A DNA stretch of 44,509 nt from Hyphochytrium catenoides (Eukaryota; Protista; Hyphochytriomycota): positions 1 to 44,509 of the forward strand of contig FLMG01000013.1 in the NCBI GenBank assembly GCA_900088475.1, in the 5' to 3' direction. Of the stretch, positions 11,624 through 25,394 are shown one piece after another. A program made the position numbers and the translations under genes. Position 1 is the first letter of the stretch; the number at the start of each line of letters is the position of its first letter. The notes below the pieces were generated by a model that worked only from the letters and a program-made list of their open reading frames with translations, searched no databases and had not been told where the DNA came from.

Positions 11624-14600
11624 CTAAGTAGGGGAAGGCGGAGGCACTGCCCTGACAGCAACACCTTCATTCGTCTCCTTCATCTGCTCCAACTTGTCTA
11701 AGAGTAGACTTTGTCTCACTGCTCGGCCACCTTTGGTCAGGGGATTCACAAGCGGAGTCCTCTCCTTCTCCGGTGAGGATGCTGGAGAGGACTTGATCAT
11801 TTTCTTCACTTCGGCCAGCTTCTTCTTCACAGCCATCTGAGCTTCTAAGATCTTCATCTTGACCAGTGAGGTCTCTTCCACTTCCTGCTGGGGCGCTGAC
11901 AGCCACCACATAATGAACTCCATTAGCTCAATACTGCCGCTGTTATCGCTGTCAATCTGTCGGAACCGGGACTTGGCCTACAGGGCGAGATGGGCGCCGT
12001 CAGTCTCTTTGCATATCTACGGTCCGCTGATACCTGCCCTTGATGCTTGTTATGCCTGGGAATTGATCTACGACATAGCCTATCTTCCTACTCGCTTCTA
12101 CAAGTTCCTCAAAACGCTCTATCGCTCTCCTCTCCGTTCCTTACACAGTCTCTCTCTCTCTCTCTTACTCGCGACTGGCTCTTGTGTAGAGCTTTAGTTG
12201 GATTTGAGATAGGCTTCCCGGGGAGTTTTGCGCCTCTCTCTCTCTCTCATATCAAACCCGGCCAAGTATCTCCTTTACTGTGCATCTGCTTGTTTACCTG
12301 TTCAAGAGTCACAAGTTCTCCCAAATCGAAAAGTATCTGCTGGAACTCTTCGACACCAATGGAGCCACTGCCATCCTGGTCGAAGAGCTTAAAGGCAGCA
12401 GCCATTTGGTCCACCAGCCGCTGGGAAGCCACAAGGTAAGGGCGCATTTTCTGGGCTTCTGTGTCGCTTTGCAGCATCTGGGGCCACTCAGGAAGAGCAG
12501 AGAGAAGGAGCTCTTTTTGGGCACGAAGGCGAGCGAGGGAGAGGATCCTACGATACTTTTCTAATCTGTGGACTCTGAGCGCCAATTGCAGGTGGTTCTG
12601 GAGCTAGAGAGGAGAGAAAAAGAGTGCAGAGGATGCATTGAAAAAGGAGGAGAAAGAGAAGAAAAAGAGATTGCTGAGTTCCCTTCCCACAAGACGACAT
12701 AACCAAGAACTCTCACCTTTATATTCTCAACCTCCTTCGGCTCATCATCCTCAAACTCTGGAGCCACCGCCTCAGCGATAGCAGGAGAGATGACTAGGTC
12801 GGGCGATGGGATCGCCAACTGTTCAATGCCATTCTTACGTATGACAGCCTTCAAAGCGCAGTGGAAGAGTAGGGAAGTGATATATCAGGTTAGAGAAGGT
12901 GTGCCTTCATCTCTTCTGTACTACGGCTCACGAGACACTTACCAGTCTATCAACAGCTCGTTGTGCGAGCGACCGCCACTCGGCTCCATTGCTGGGCAGC
13001 CGCTGGAGTCCCAGAGTAGTCCGTGCTGTTTCCATAGAGAGGTAATAGCGGAGGGGAAAGCCAATTATGGAGGAGTGGGCTTCAAAGAAGAGTAGACTGC
13101 TCTTGTTCGTTTCTATGTTGTCTGTCAGAGGTGGTGCAGCTTTCCGCCTTTTTAGTCTGTAGCCGCGGTAGAGGACATCCTCCACATCTTCTAACCTATG
13201 CAAAGAAAAGGTCATTCTCACTGTCACCCAGTAATATACTCCTGATAGTTTCCGATGTGTGGTAAGGATGTTGAGCGAGAGTGAGAGACCGCTCCCGTCT
13301 TGCCCACTCTTCCTCGCGTGCAGTGTCTCTCTCCCTTCCTCCGGCCGTAGTAAAGCTCTGTCCCTGCTTTTATCTTCGTCTTTCTTTGGTTCAGAAAGCA
13401 GTCTGATCCTCTCCATGAGACTAGACAGAGAAGATAAAGAGAGGTCTCTGCCGCTCTCTGGGCCACCAAAGAGGGAAAGCAAATCGCATCCCCGCAGCAG
13501 AAGTCCGTATATAACATCTCCTAGTCTGTCATGTCGCAAGCTCGTGATTTGAACGTCTGAATTCTTTCCTGCAGAGATTATTCTCTTGAGGTGAGGAGAA
13601 ACAGTGTCCAAGCCTATTGATGCCTTGATTCTCTCCCTCATTAAGACTTTCCAGGACTTAGGCAACAGTTGCTTGTTTGATCCGCCGTCTTTGGTGAGAG
13701 AAATCCTTTGAGAGGAAAGAGAACTACTGTTTTTTGCCTGTGTCTCTTCCTCTCGCCTAATACCCTCCGGAGCCTGGAAAGTGACCAAAGAGCTGTCCGC
13801 TCCTCCCTTGGGCAGTGTAACGGCGGAGCTCTTTAGCTCTTGCTTGGGGCGAAGAGGGCGGGGGAGAGAGAGGGTCTGCAAAAATTCGCAAGCTCCCAAA
13901 TGAAGATGTTTGGCTTCATATAGAGTCAATATCATTAGTGCCTGAGAGAGAGGAAGAAGACCCTGGAAGAGTTCGTCCTTTTCAACGTGCTCTCCGATCC
14001 TCCTCTTCTTCTGCTCGTCTCCAGTCATCCTTGCATCTATGCCCAGGCCTTCTTCTGCTTTTGCGGTATAGTCTAGCAGCATTGAGGCGAGAGCCTTAGG
14101 GGTCAGATTCAGAGTCGCGCTGAGGCAAGTTAGAGTAATGGTGGAAGTTTCGTCGTTCCCTTCTATCCCCGTCATTGCTCCCAAGAGGTGGTCAATGGTG
14201 GGACTCTGCTGCAATGTTAGAGGGAGAGGCCGCTGGAAGAAATGTCCATAACGTTAGGGTGTGGGAGCACAATGGGATAGAGGCAGGACAACAGTACGGT
14301 CAGAGACGGGTTATGAGGCCTAGCCGAGGGCTGGGTTACTTGAGATCATAAAATCCTAAGTATACCAATAGCCGAACCCAAGACTGAGAAAGATGGACCA
14401 ACCAGAGCAGAACTTTACCAGCCCCTGAGCTTCTAGCAGAGACACAAGAACCCAAAAAAGGGACACCACAGAAGCCGAGAATGGAAATCTTTGCTAAGGT
14501 GGAAGGAGAATGCGCGAGCTTGGAAGGTAAAGAGACCTGGAAAAGCAAGAAGTGAAAGAGAGAAGATGCACAAAGGAGAGCATCCAGCACCTTGAGCATC

Positions 14601-17600
14601 AGAGCCCAGTTGACCTTCTCTGCTGTTCGAAGTAACGCCTCTTCCGCATCCCCTGCCTGCGGCAGGGATCCGGGAGGAAGTAGATGTCCCAGAGATAGAG
14701 TTGAAGGTAACGATGGAGCAGACAGGGAGACCATAGGGAAACAGAAAGCAAGGTGGCGTCGGAGGTACTGTCCTTGATAGTGGTGCAGCTGCAAGTGAGT
14801 AAACGCCAGTCTTCTTTTAGTAGCGGCTCTACTTTCTTCGTCTTCAGTCTCCATCCTCTTCCTTTCTTCACTCTCAAGCTGCACCCCGCTGATTTCCTCT
14901 TCCTGTCCTTTGCCGAGCCTGAGCGGACAGATTTTATGAGCTATGCCATGGTTAAGATGTCAGATAAAGACACAACACAGACCAAGTCGTAAGTAAGGAA
15001 AGAATATGGAAAGATAGCCCACCTCCTCGCAGTGATAATGTAGTCCCCTCGATCCCTATAAAGTTGTAGGTGGAAGTCACACGCTGAAGACCCAATCCTC
15101 TGTGAAACTAGCGGAGTCAGAGGATCCACATGCTTTTCTTCAGAGAGATAGGCCGTAGAATAAGAATGAGAGCAAGACACAGGTTCATCCAGGGGGCAAT
15201 TCCTCGCCCGCGCCGAAGGAGATTGAGAGATGTGGGGGCGCGAGCGGCCGCTGCAGTTACTCTTTAAATTGAGCTCAACAGTGAACTGGCAGTAGCGAGC
15301 CAAACTCTCCCCAATCGGCTTCATGGGCACCGGACACTTCCTGCCATATATTGGAAAATGCTCAGCCAATTTTAATGGCAGAAGAACATTTTAGAGGCGA
15401 TATCGGAGAAGGCAATGAAAAAGGAGTAATTATAGGCGGAGAAACGCCCGAGTAAACATGCTGCGAGAAGTGTTACATCGTGCCGTTGTGCAGCAGCATA
15501 AAGTTGGAGGCAAGGAGATTGTAAGACAGAGAGGGGAACACACGTGGGTTGGGGGTCTACCTTTCCTGCGTCACCCAGGCATTGAAACTTTTGATAGCCG
15601 CTCGGAGCTGCGAGACTTTGCCTGTCATAAGCTCCTCCACATCCTTCATCTCCTCTCTGTCGCCTATCCCCACCTCATCTTCCATGGGTGCTCCAGCTGG
15701 AGAGGCCACACCACCTGAATGTGCTCTAATGTTATGAGCCACATTCATTCTACGTTGTCTGATCTGCAGGAACTCTATGATCTTTTCGTAGATCAGGTGC
15801 TGAGAGGTGCTGCGCAGAATATTGGGAGAATGGGAGAGAAAGATTTTCCTCGCAGCTAGCTTATCCACCTGTACAAAGTTGGAAGACAAAGCTGAGGTCA
15901 CGGAAGAGACACTGGTGTACTGATAGGGCAGCAAAAAAAGTCGATACCAGTCTGGACTGCACCATCATTGGTGGGATGGAGAGGAAGAACAGGCCAATCG
16001 GAAGGGAACTGAAGAAGAAGACTAACATGGGAGAAAGTAGTTCAACAGTTGCATGTTTCAGAAGGCTAAGAGATAGGACAAAATTGGTACTGAAGGTAGC
16101 GTTAGATGCTTCCCTGGAAAGGGATAGAACGTACAGGGATCATAAAGCGGTCTCTGGTCTGTACGTTGAGACAAGCAAGGAGCAAGTCGCCTCGGCTATT
16201 CTTCTGCACCTCTAAAAGGAAGGACGAGCCGATCAACCTCCGGCAGCATCTCCAGACTGTTTTCCTTCTCTCCCCTCCTCTCTCACGCCCTCCGCCACCA
16301 ATATGGAAGACAAGGCGAAGGCTATGCTTAGAGGAGGCGGCCAGAGAAGGACGAAGCACTTTGGTCTTCAGCTCGTAGTGGCAGTCTGGCGCCACAAAGA
16401 GACCGCCGGGAGGAGAAATAACACCGTCCTCTAGATCCCTTTCTGTCCTTTCCTTGTCTAGCTCATTTCTGTACTGCTGCAATGACCGTAAACGCTCCAT
16501 CTCGGGCTCATTGACAAAGTCTGAGAGACGTTTTGATCAATGAGAAATAGTGAAGGCGATAGCAGATTAATAGAAGCAAGTGGAGACTATAGTGGACAAA
16601 GGCCCACAAAGAAGATGTGAGGGATGAGGTAAGAAAAACGGAAGAACGCTTGCCCCTAAGCACAGCGAAAGAATTGGAGAGAAAGGAAACACACACAGAG
16701 AGAAAGAGAGAGGAGTTCCCCACCGAGCCGGTCCACAAGTCTGCGCAGGATGTTTTCCGAGTAATTTCCACATTTCACGCAGGCCAGGAAGTATGTAATT
16801 GCCTCTGCTCCTCCTCCTCCCAGATCTCCTGCTAGCGCCTGCAAAATTGAGGCAAAGGGGACTAGAAGGGCGAATACTCTTCTTTCCCGTCGATGGTAGA
16901 CCTCAAAGAGAAGGTCGCCCCAGTTCTCATAGGCGCTCACCAGGCAGTCCATACTGGATATCTAAGAAATCAACATACATAGTGTTCCAGGCTTAGAGGA
17001 CGGAAATCAGCAAGCTATAGAGGAGGACAGCATACGTGACCATACAGAGAGGTGAAGGTAACATGTGGTTGGGGGAAGTAAGGCCAGCACTATGCAAACC
17101 TTTCCTCAAGGAAGGAAAGAGAAGGCGACGAAACAGAGAGACAAAGGAGAGCGGGAATTGAGAGATATTGGTTGGGATTGGACCTTTCTCCCTTCATAGA
17201 ACACTTTCAGGCCCTTCGCCCCACTCTTGCCCTTCTTCTTATCCTCCAGCCACCACGACGATAGCAGACGAGACCGTAGAGTGAGCAGTGTATTAACATA
17301 AAAGAGGCGGCCTACAGAGAGAATGCCCGTGAAGGGAGAGATCAACGCAATCCGCAGCAGCTCCTACATGGACATGGGAAGAAAACGGGCAAAAGAGTTA
17401 ATCTTAGTGCAAGTAGGGCGCGCTTCGGAGGATCTCTTCTCCTTATACACCATTCTCTATCTTTCTCTGCTCTTCATTCAACTGAGCGAGCGGTCATAAG
17501 TGCTTAAGAATTTCCATCTCTAAAGCTCCGTCCGACGTAGCTCGTCCTTTTCTCTCCATTTTCATGCCCTAGCACTGACCTTGGCAATGCCCTTTACCCT

Positions 17601-20600
17601 CTCCCTCTCCTTTTTCCTTCTCTCCTCTAACGTCCGCTGTGGAGGCACAGGGAGGAGGAGATCACCAGCGTCCCGCTCCCCCACGGCAGGATGGGTAAAC
17701 ATATACTCCACTGCCTCGTACGATACATGGACATACTCGTAGGAGGAAGAATGAGGCTGATACCTGCGAGACATTCGTTAGTACCGAAGAGAGAGGGGTT
17801 TGTGAAAGTGAGAGAAGGTTAAGAAACAGAAAGGTAGAACGTGGAACCGGAGGACGACATGCGCGAAAAGGAGAGTCAGGAAGGTCAAGAAGGAGCCGAC
17901 ATGTGACCTCACGTAAAGCAGGAGTGAGATATGCTCAGTTATTCTGCAGGGAGATACTTAAGAGCTTCCCTCATATGAAGACTCTCTCTCTCTCTCTTTT
18001 TTTCCCCTTTCTCTTTCTCTCTTACCCCTCAATGACAAGATCATCGGCCTTAAGGGGGTCCACCAGGGCTGAGAGTAGGAAGTAAGCCGAAGGACGGCGC
18101 GGCATGTAAGGATGATCCACCTGGAAGACCTTCCGACCACACCGCAGCACAAAGTTGAACCCCTACCAACAGTTGAGAGAAAGAGAAGAACGTGGTGGAG
18201 CCACATTGAGACAATAGAACAATCGCAAATGATAAGACATGGGAAGAGGTGAGGGCCTCTTCCGGGCTTGAATGGAAGCTATATATCTATGTAGACAAGA
18301 GAACAACAACGCCACCAGCCGCCACCTTACAGCTGTTATTTGTGGCGTGAAGCCGCTTCTCGGCTCGTTCTCCCTCCACTTTTCTTCGCAGAACAGAAGC
18401 CGTCGCCGTGGAGGTTGGCGGACTGTCCACCGCAGGGTCAGCAGGGAAACTATTTGCTGGAGAGCAGTTCTCTGCACCCTCTGAGCCAGGGACATCGCCG
18501 ACCGTAAGCTGGAGAGCAAAATAAAAGAAGACCCCGGAGATAAGCTGCGATGAGATGTGTGCATGTGGAAGAGATTCTCTCTGCAAGACAGGAAGAGGAA
18601 GAAGCCGGGAGAAGATAGAACACTACAAAAGGCAAATGATAAGCGGCACTCGTAGAGAGGGTAGAGAGTACGCCAGGCGGTGGTGAGGGCAGTGCAGGTG
18701 ATGGGGACATCGCTTCTCTGCCTTCCTTCTCTCGTTCTCTCTTCTCTCTGAACCTCTGTACTTACCTCTCTGCTTCCTTCCTCACCTCCCTGGCGTGTAG
18801 AGCCAGAAGTTTCATTTCATCTTCCAAGCCCTTCACCTCCACAGCCGCTGCGTCAGCGTTGAGCTTAGCTTGGAACCTAGCATTGGAGTGTTGATAAGAA
18901 CGCAGAGAGGATTTATTATGAGAAGAAGCGCCAGGGATAGAGAGTGCCAGGTAGCGGACGTCAAGGGGAGGTAGGCGTCCATAATCAATAGCTCTCTTTC
19001 TATGAAGCTACCTCTGATAACGGGCTTCCTGCAGGTCGTCATAGAGTCGCCGCACGCGAAGGGTAGCTGCTCTCTTCTCTCTGATCAGTGTCCAGTTGTT
19101 AGCGTGCTCCAGAGGGTCCCAGGACTGCTGTAGCGAGGAAAGAGAGAGGTCGGAGTAGAGAGCAAGCTGTTCCTTTGAAAAGTTCAGCGCTTCCTTCACG
19201 AGCTTGAAGAGCTCGTCTTCTCTAGCCTTTGCGGCAGCAAGCTCTTGTTCTTCGTTATGATAGAAGAGAGACATATCTTCTGCCTTCTTTTCAAAAGAAG
19301 AGAAAGTCTCTCTGTCAAGGAAGAGACATAGAATATTAAGGGGAAGGGCCTTTACAAGTGAACTTTGAGGAGATAAAAAATCAGATACCTGGCGTTAGTC
19401 AGCTTTTCAGTCAGGTCTTTCTCTTGAGCCTCAAGGGATTGTGCCTTCGATGAAGAGTCAGAGCTCCTGCTTCTCATAGAGGTCTCTTCCTCAATGTTAA
19501 TGAGCCTCCGCTTGCTGCTTTTCTTCGTCCCTTCTGTCTCTCTCTCTCTCTGTCTGTCTGTCTGACTGTCTGTCTGTCTCTCTCTCTCTTCCCCCTCTCT
19601 GTCTGCCTTTACTTCGCTTACCCTGTTGTCCGCCGCTGTGAACATTCTCTCTATTTCTTGGCACTCGCGCAGCGGCTCAAAGGTCTTTCGGCTCTTCTTT
19701 CCGTCCAGCCACGGCAGCAAATTATCGTAGGGAAGAGGACGCAACCGCGCGCCAGAGAAGAGAAGAGAAAGATCCTCACGCAACACTCCAGGGGCAATTA
19801 CTGCATGACATGAACGAGAAGATAAGAGAAAGAGCGCGACATGTGGAGAGGAGGCACTCTAGGCTAGAGGGAACATGCGAGAAGAGAAGAATGGACAAGT
19901 CATCTACTTCGAAACAAACCCTTTCAGCTCACCTTCTCTTCTCTCGGTCTCCAAAAGCCTTCTTCTCAGCTGCTTCTCGGTTAGCCGCAGCTCGAAGTGC
20001 TCACTGGTGACAGGAAAATAGGCGCGGAGAATGATGCTCTCTGACTTTCTTTCTTTCTGGCAAGAGCAGTGGCCATGGTCTACGTAGTACTAACATGAGG
20101 ACGCGGGCAAAGAGTAGATGAGGTCGTGCTCTTAACAAATGGGTCTTCCCCTTTGAGCTGCATTGGGCGTCTCCCTCTCTCTCTCTCCTTCTCTCTTGCC
20201 CCCTCTCTCTCTGAGTCGCCGTCTCTCTGTTCTCTAATTTTGTTCTCTTTTCCTAAGCCCCACGTCAGTCTTTCCTAGCTCAGGTCTGCTCCTGAAGTCT
20301 GACCTCTGCCACGGCAACACCCAATCTTCCTTCTCTTGACAGTCGACGTACCTGCTGACTGTTGGTGCGGTACCGCATTCGGGCTGCCTGCCTTCGGCAT
20401 GAAAGACAAGAGTCTCCGACCACTGGCGCCTATGGAAGATAGAACACGTAGATATAGGACAGTAGTTATAGTCGGGCAATATAAAGAGAGAGACAGAGAG
20501 AGAGAGACAGAGAGAGAGAGAGAGAAAGGAAAAATAAGCGATATATATATCGAAACTGCCCAGGGAGACTATCCAGAGGGTACTGACTGAGGCATACAAA

Positions 20601-23600
20601 GGCGGAACGACGGCGGAGAAACAAAATGGAAAAATACACGGGAAGAAGAGTTGCAGCGAGAGAGCAGCCAACCCTCTTTCCCCTAGGTACCTGCTGGTAG
20701 TCAATGTGTTCGGAGGAGTGAACAGTGACCAAACAATGGTCACCGTCTAGGCGCTGGGAGGAAAGAAAGCGCGGTTTCAGAAGACTCCGCACCGCCCGTG
20801 CAAGTCCTTGACTCTGAGCGGAAGAAACGGCCGCTTGAGCCGCCGCTGCAGTAGCGGTCTCGTAGAGAAGCTGGAAGGAGAGCAGCACGGGGTCAGCAAA
20901 CGAAGAGAAACATGCAAACGTGACTGTGGTATAACGGGTGAACGTGGTCCGACAGGAGTTAAGGCGCCCCCCTATAATTCTTGGATCTTTTTAGGTCTCT
21001 TGACGTATGTTTTCAGCTTCATCTGAACCTCTTAGCTCTGCCTCCTTAGCCAAACAAGCATTCGATTCGTTACCTGGCCCTATATTAACCTGTTCCTTTT
21101 TTCGTTCCCTTTCTCTCTCTCCGCGAACACTCCTTATCTCCCTTATCATCTAGCATTGTACACTCTGTCCGTCCAACTGCGTAGCTTACCCTCAGTGTCT
21201 TGACCCTTCTTAGGGCTTCGAATCTTCTCTTTGCCTCAAGTCTTCCCAACCTCCCTCTCAAGACTCTTTGAAGCAGGAAGAGAGCTCCTCGCTTCGCTTC
21301 TGTTCTTTGAATAAATATTTCAGCGTTTTGAATATCGAGTAGAAGGACATCTCCCTTGAGTTCTCTGCCTTGCTCCATCAGCTGAGCAATCCTTTCTGTG
21401 TCCACAATGACGAAGTCTTTGCGCATCTCGTGACGTAGAAGCTGACACGGACACGGAGATAAGCAACAGAGAGACGGAGATTGAAGGAGCGAGAGAGAGA
21501 GACAGGGAGAGAAAGAGATATCAACGAGACGTCATCACTTAGAGGAAAGAGTTACCCAAGAAAGCAAGAGGCAAGGACAAGCCTTGACAAAGCAAAACCT
21601 TTCAAGTTGTAGCTGTCGGATACACAGATCTAGGCAAGAAGGCATGGGGTGAAAGAGGATGAATACTTTGCTGATACGCTCTCGTTGCTGCGCAAGTTTC
21701 TCTCCTTTCTCTCTCAGCATTTTCTGACGCTTAAAGCGACGACTCTCCTTCCCTCTTGTCTCAAAGCTCGCCCAAGGCCCTAGGTTGGGTCTGAGGAGAA
21801 TAGAAGAGAGTAGAAAAACTTATGTTGAGAAGCTGAAAGACAAGAGAAAACCTGTCGAACAGAATCAACCGCTTAGGTTCAGCAGCAAAGGATGTACGAC
21901 GAACCAGAGACTAGCTGTCTATCTTTAACCGAGAAGTACTCAGAAGAGGAAAGAGATACAAAGTACTAATGGACAGATATACTGCATTTCGCCGCTTAGA
22001 GGCGATGGAGACAAGAGCAAACAAAGCAAAAAATAAGCATAGCAATGGGAAAGAGAGAAATAAGGCAGGGTAGCGGACCTGCAGAACTCTCCGGAGCGCT
22101 TATAAGCGGGTATTTCTCTTCTCTGTGGTACTTCGATTCTTGCGCCGTGGTCCTCATAGACAGCAATTTTCGTTTGATAATCAGGTGGAGGTCCTGTCTC
22201 TCCGTCTTCTTCTTCTTCTTCATCATCTTCAACTCCGTCATCGTCTTTCCCCTGACCCTTGACTGCCTCTCCCATCCCTTTGGGAAAGATTGAGAAGTGG
22301 CAGAGGGAGAGGCAAGCAAAAAATTGTCAGGATAGGTTGCCAGGAGCAAAAGAGGTTAGCGACAAGAAGACTAAAAGAGAGTAAATAACGAGAAAGAAAG
22401 AGACAGGTAAGAAGTAAGCTTTCACCATCTCCATTCGCTCTGACCCAAGAGCTCATATCTTCTTCGTTCAACAGAAGGGACAAACCGCATGCCAAGGATT
22501 GGAGCACAGCAGGGGGCGTCATTGCATGGAAGAGGGAAGATAGTACTGGAAGGGACCTGCCGCACAAGTTATGTATAGAGAGAGACCCCACACAGTGGGA
22601 GAGAGAAAGTGAGTCGAAAGAGAGAGAGGAAGAGGAACACAAGCCACTTCGTATAGACCAAATGGAGTGGAGAGGAGCACATTTACTGAGGCGGAGCTCT
22701 CAGATACACACAGGAGCTGACTCGCTCGCGAAAGAAAGGACAAATTGAAAGAGGGGGAGGCACATCACGATAAAAGCGATAAAGGGATAACTAGCGGCTG
22801 GCTAAGCAGAACCAACCACAGAGAGCCAAACCTTTAAGGAGCCTAAAGGAGGGAGAGAAGTTGATATAGAGCGATATTAGAGAGCGAGAGAGGAATCTAC
22901 CGCTGGAAAGCTGCTCCGTTTATCCTGCTATCGCTCACAATTCCCTTAGTCCTTGAGTCTAGAGGAAGTGGCCCATTAGGACTCTTCTCTTCATTCTTAA
23001 TGGACGACGTCAGTTCTTCAGTTTGCCCTTCTCGTCCTGCCTCTTTGCTAATAGAGCCAAGAGAGTTGCGTTTCCTCTCTTTCTCTCTCTTCTTCTTCTC
23101 CTCCTCAGTCAGGAGCACATGATCCAGATTAAGGCCAAGGAGAAGCGGATTACGGGAGAAAGGGAAGGACGGGCCAAGGTATGCTCGGAGAGCTTGGAAC
23201 TGCTCTAGAAAGTCCAAGTCGGAAATCATCTAGGATGAAAGAGGAGAAGAACGAGCCATTAGCGTCTCAATCTCTCTCTCTCTCAGTCTCTCTCTCTAGC
23301 TACATCTGTTTGTTCTTCTGCTGCTTCTACCGTCTGCCATGACCACTGCCTCATATTTGCCTCTAGTAATCCCTTTCTCAAGCTCTCTCTCTCTCCCTCA
23401 AACCCTTTCTCGTCTCTCGGTCTTCAAAGAAGATGGCCCTCTCTCCGGGTCATTTTTCCACTAGTTTGCTGACCTTGAGTAGATAATTCGCCCCGTTCCA
23501 CATAAAGGAAGGGACCCACTTCTGCTGGCCGTCCATCGCCTTAACTGCACACTCTTCGCACACCGAGGGCCCCTCTCCTTCGCTCTCCACCCCGAAGTGG

Positions 23601-23667
23601 AAGCCACACGAACGAAAAATGAAGCTGCCTCAAGATCAGAAGGTGAGTGCGCCAGACAGACACGGTC

Positions 23668-23734
<67 letters not shown>

Positions 23735-25363
23735 AAGGGAGAAAACAAAAAAAGGAATTGGGGCTGTGGAACAAGAGCACCGAGCTGAGTCTAGAGAGAG
23801 ACAAGGAAGTGCTATGCAATCCAGACCATACTAATGTGCACCATGTTGAAGAGAATCTGTGACTATACGGGGAAGTCAGTAAAAGATAGAAGGTAGGTAA
23901 AAGACTGGCACAGACCGCTTCCTGGGGATCCTATCGAATGTCGTCTTCAGTCTGATCGCCTCCTTGATCGCAGCCGCATCGTACGCTCGAGCGGCTTCGT
24001 CCTGTCAGTCCTCATTAGCTGAGGCAAGAAGGTGGAAGAATGATCTCGAGTAGCGAGGAACGAGAGACGAAGGGAGAGAGAAAGAGATGGGCCAAGAACG
24101 GAAAGGAGAGAGAGCATTCGCGAGACTTTTTGGCGAAACGAGGCCATTGAAGATGCTAGATCTGCTGAACCTTCGTAGGATAGACGCCAAGATAGATTAG
24201 ACGCCTCAAACGCATCCCTTCTCGGTCGACAGGACGCCGAAAGCGCTTGATCTAGACAGTCAGAGAGGCAAAATGAGAGCGGAAGAAAGGAAAAGTAAAA
24301 GATGTGGACAGAGAAAAGAGAGACAGTGAGGTCCTAGTGCCATGTAGATGCGATGATAAGACCGGAATCTGCATGAGGTAAGATAGGGGAGAGACAAAGG
24401 ATGATAGAGGCAAGTGAACAAGTAACTAACGGGAATACGGACAAGGAGAGCTCGAGCTCGCAAGAGAAATAGGAGTTGAGGTAGAGCAAGCCTCAACGGA
24501 GCCAAGCCTACGTAGGAGAAAGGTGAAAACACTGGGAGAGAAAAAAGGGAAATTGGGCTGTGTGCGCTCTGTACTTTGGATTCATAGGCTGCGGACCCGC
24601 CGTAGAGCTGCTCGCCGTCCACTGTTAGACTGACCGACCAGCCACCAGTTCCCCTTGCCAGCCCTCCACCCCGACGTGGCCCATGCTCAGCTGCGACGCG
24701 GCCGAGATGTTCCGCGTGTGAGCGCCAAACAGTGACAGCCTGCAGTGCAGAGGAGATATTTATAAGATTAGCAGTGACATAGGATAGGGCCGTGGGCCGC
24801 AAAGGACGGAGCACCATCAGGGAGGGAGGAAGAGAGAAGGAAAGACAAACAAGAAGCCTGACCCAGCTTGAGACGAGGGAATCGCCATTCATCATCCTTC
24901 TCAAAACCTTTGTCCGTTCTCCCCGGGTACTAACTTCTGCCATCCCTTTAGACGGCTCTAGTGCTTCTCTCTCACGCTTCGCAGCCCTTATCACAACTCT
25001 ACGCTCTTTGTTCTCTACCTTGAGCTCGTCTTTCTCTATGTTTTGTCTCTCTCTCCACAAAATGTTCTTTACCTCTAGCAGCTTGGTACTGACTGTTCTG
25101 ATAGTGTTAAGAACCAGGACCAGCTCTGAGACATGAGAGAACTCCACGCCGCCGACAACCTCCTGGAAACGCTGATCGGACTTTTTACCCAGGCGACGGG
25201 CCATCTAGAGAAATCGAACACGGTAAGAGAAACAGAGAGAAAAATGAACGGAGTAAACATTGGCGTAGAATGCGGGAGCTAGGTGAGAGAAAGGTAGCCA
25301 CGACCTCAGGTCTCCAAGAGAAAGAAAGGAGAGAAGAGAAGAGAAGAGGGAGAAGAGAAGAGA

Positions 25364-25394
<31 letters not shown>

